In this document: positions 62,429-64,000 of the stretch, one piece after another
How positions within the stretch are numbered: the stretch's first letter is position 1
Layout: each line of letters begins with the position of its first letter
DNA from: Nymphaea colorata
Lineage: Eukaryota
Direction: 5' to 3'
Assembly (NCBI RefSeq): GCF_008831285.2
Contig: NC_045138.2
Coordinates: 930,001 to 994,000 of the forward strand
DNA: 64,000 nt
Notes under the pieces: generated by a model
Seen by the model: only the letters and a program-made list of their open reading frames with translations
The model's database searches: none
What the model was told of the DNA's origin: nothing
Made by a program: the position numbers and the translations under genes

Positions 62429-62651
62429 CACTAAGATGATCTGCTCTGAACTCGCTTTTTTCGGTACTTTTATCGACGTCTGCAATTGGACGTCGATGGA
62501 AATGCAGACTTTAACGATGTAGTGTAGTCACGCATCTTTTCACCAACGTCTGCCCCTGGACGTTGGTGAAAATTCACATTCACTGACATTTGTCTTCGGA
62601 CGTTGTTAAAAGTCGACGTGCGTTAGTAAATCGTTTTGTTCTTTGGTAGCA
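62429..62651. mobile_element. Possible degenerate non-autonomous CACTA element
   Basis: Starts CACTAAGA, ends TTGGTAGCA (eroded TAGTG), contains palindromic GACGTC-type repeat pairs including a perfect 14-bp stem at 62537-62572. Confidence 0.35.
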
Positions 62652-62723
62652 TGTCCATGGTGACAATGAGAGTCTGAGACTAACTACAATTTTCTCCCAA
62701 ACTCCGTTGCTCTCAAGGATGAA

Positions 62724-62973
62724 TGCAGGTAGGCTTGGGCGTCGGGCTGGGCCTGGGCGTCCGGAAAAACCTGGCCCGGGCTCGATAGGCCGGCCCAGCC
62801 AGTTAAGCCCATTTAAATTAAAAATTTATTTTTTTAATTTTTTAATAATATTTATTATTAATACATATTTTTTATATTTAAAAATATTTTATAATTAAAC
62901 AAATATTTTTTAATTTTAAATGGGCCGGGCCCTGGCTAGGCTCACCGACCCGACGGGGCCATGCCCGCCTGTA
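62724..62973. mobile_element. MITE with GGGCC/GGCCC-rich ends and a very AT-rich core
   Basis: Imperfect TIRs TGCAGGTAGGCTTGGGC / GGCCATGCCCGCCTGTA (12/17); no TSD seen. Confidence 0.5.
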
Positions 62974-64000
62974 TGGGCAATTGCCCACACGGATCAATGT
63001 ATCTCATTGTCAATCCCAATAGTCAATGCAAAATGTCTTCCGATTTGGCTTACGTCGCAAGTAAATTTTACCTTTAATGATTCAATCAGTAGTTTAACCT
63101 CTTGAGAGAGAAAAATGAAACGTGAAGATCATATACAATTAGTTCTAACAAGTAATTAATGTGGGAAGGCATGTGTTAAAGTATTACTATCTCGACATGA
63201 TATTAAAGTAAAAGATTAATTAATTTAATTATGTTAAACGTTAATATTAAGTATTTTTATAAGGTAACCTCAAATATTACTTTAAAGTAAAAGTGTGAAA
63301 GTAAATCGCTCGATGCGTAATTGTACAAATTAACCGTGGCGAGAACAAGTTGATTTATTATAAAAGAAACAACAAAAACAAAAAACATTCTGTAATAAAT
63401 TATTTAATGATTATTCAACCTAACTGAATGCTACAAACAAAAAGGACAAATATTGATGAACTGTAATAAATTTACTAGATAAATTATTTTATTTTTTCAA
63501 TTTTGCAAATAACTGATTAATCTCGTTAAAGTTTGTCCAATGTCATTAAAGCAACTGATCAATTAGCTACAAATTAACATCAATTAATTACTCGTACCAT
63601 ATGACTTCGACTTTACTTTAATTAGTAGATGTTGAACCTCACATATGCATTATAGTTCGAATGGTCACTTACTATTTCATATAAGAATTAAAATAGAGTA
63701 AAATATTCCACTGTTGTAGCCAATCTAAGCCCAGGAATTTGGCGCTCTCTTCCTTTTCTTTTTCTTTGTTCATTTGAGGTCCAAGAACTCAGGAGCATAA
63801 CATAACTGGTTAGGAAGGAGTGACGAGAAGGATTACACACAAATTTTAAGTCCTCGTTTCGATTTCCATGTGTATTATTCTCCTGCTCTTCAAAAGGTGG
63901 GGGGATGTCCTGTTGAGCGGAAGGTAGCCCATTACCCATGTAAGCAGGGGTGGCATGGGTCCTCGCTCCACCTCAATTTTTTTTAAATTACATTTAAATT

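Overview
Eukaryotic, land-plant (angiosperm-like) nuclear DNA: AT-rich, with spliceosomal GT-AG introns and many microsatellites and MITEs. Left to right: (1) a GH19 class IV-like chitinase gene lacking a hevein domain (- strand, 986-7734), split in exon 1 by a young full-length Ty1/copia LTR retrotransposon (1989-7498; 5-bp TSD GCCAT, near-identical LTRs, one in-frame stop in gag-pol); (2) a rearranged, TE-rich stretch (8-22 kb) holding a non-autonomous hAT element that appears to carry a captured PPR-gene 5' fragment, a ~1 kb frameshifted duplicate of the SEC6 3' end, Tourist MITEs, a ~410-bp-arm inverted repeat and an orphan first exon of an R2R3-MYB; (3) an intact exocyst SEC6 gene with 25 coding exons (+, 23218-41495); (4) NMD3 with an intronless CDS (+, 43643-45190); (5) a KORRIGAN-type membrane-anchored GH9 endoglucanase with 6 exons (-, 49987-54883); (6) about 9 kb of degenerate MITE/repeat sequence. 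I see no unambiguous new biochemical system. The strongest leads are regulatory or structural: the hairpin plus orphan MYB locus, the Pack-hAT, and an LTR carrying HSE and W-box motifs positioned to drive a truncated chitinase. All coordinates, alignments and family assignments were read by eye; no database search was run.
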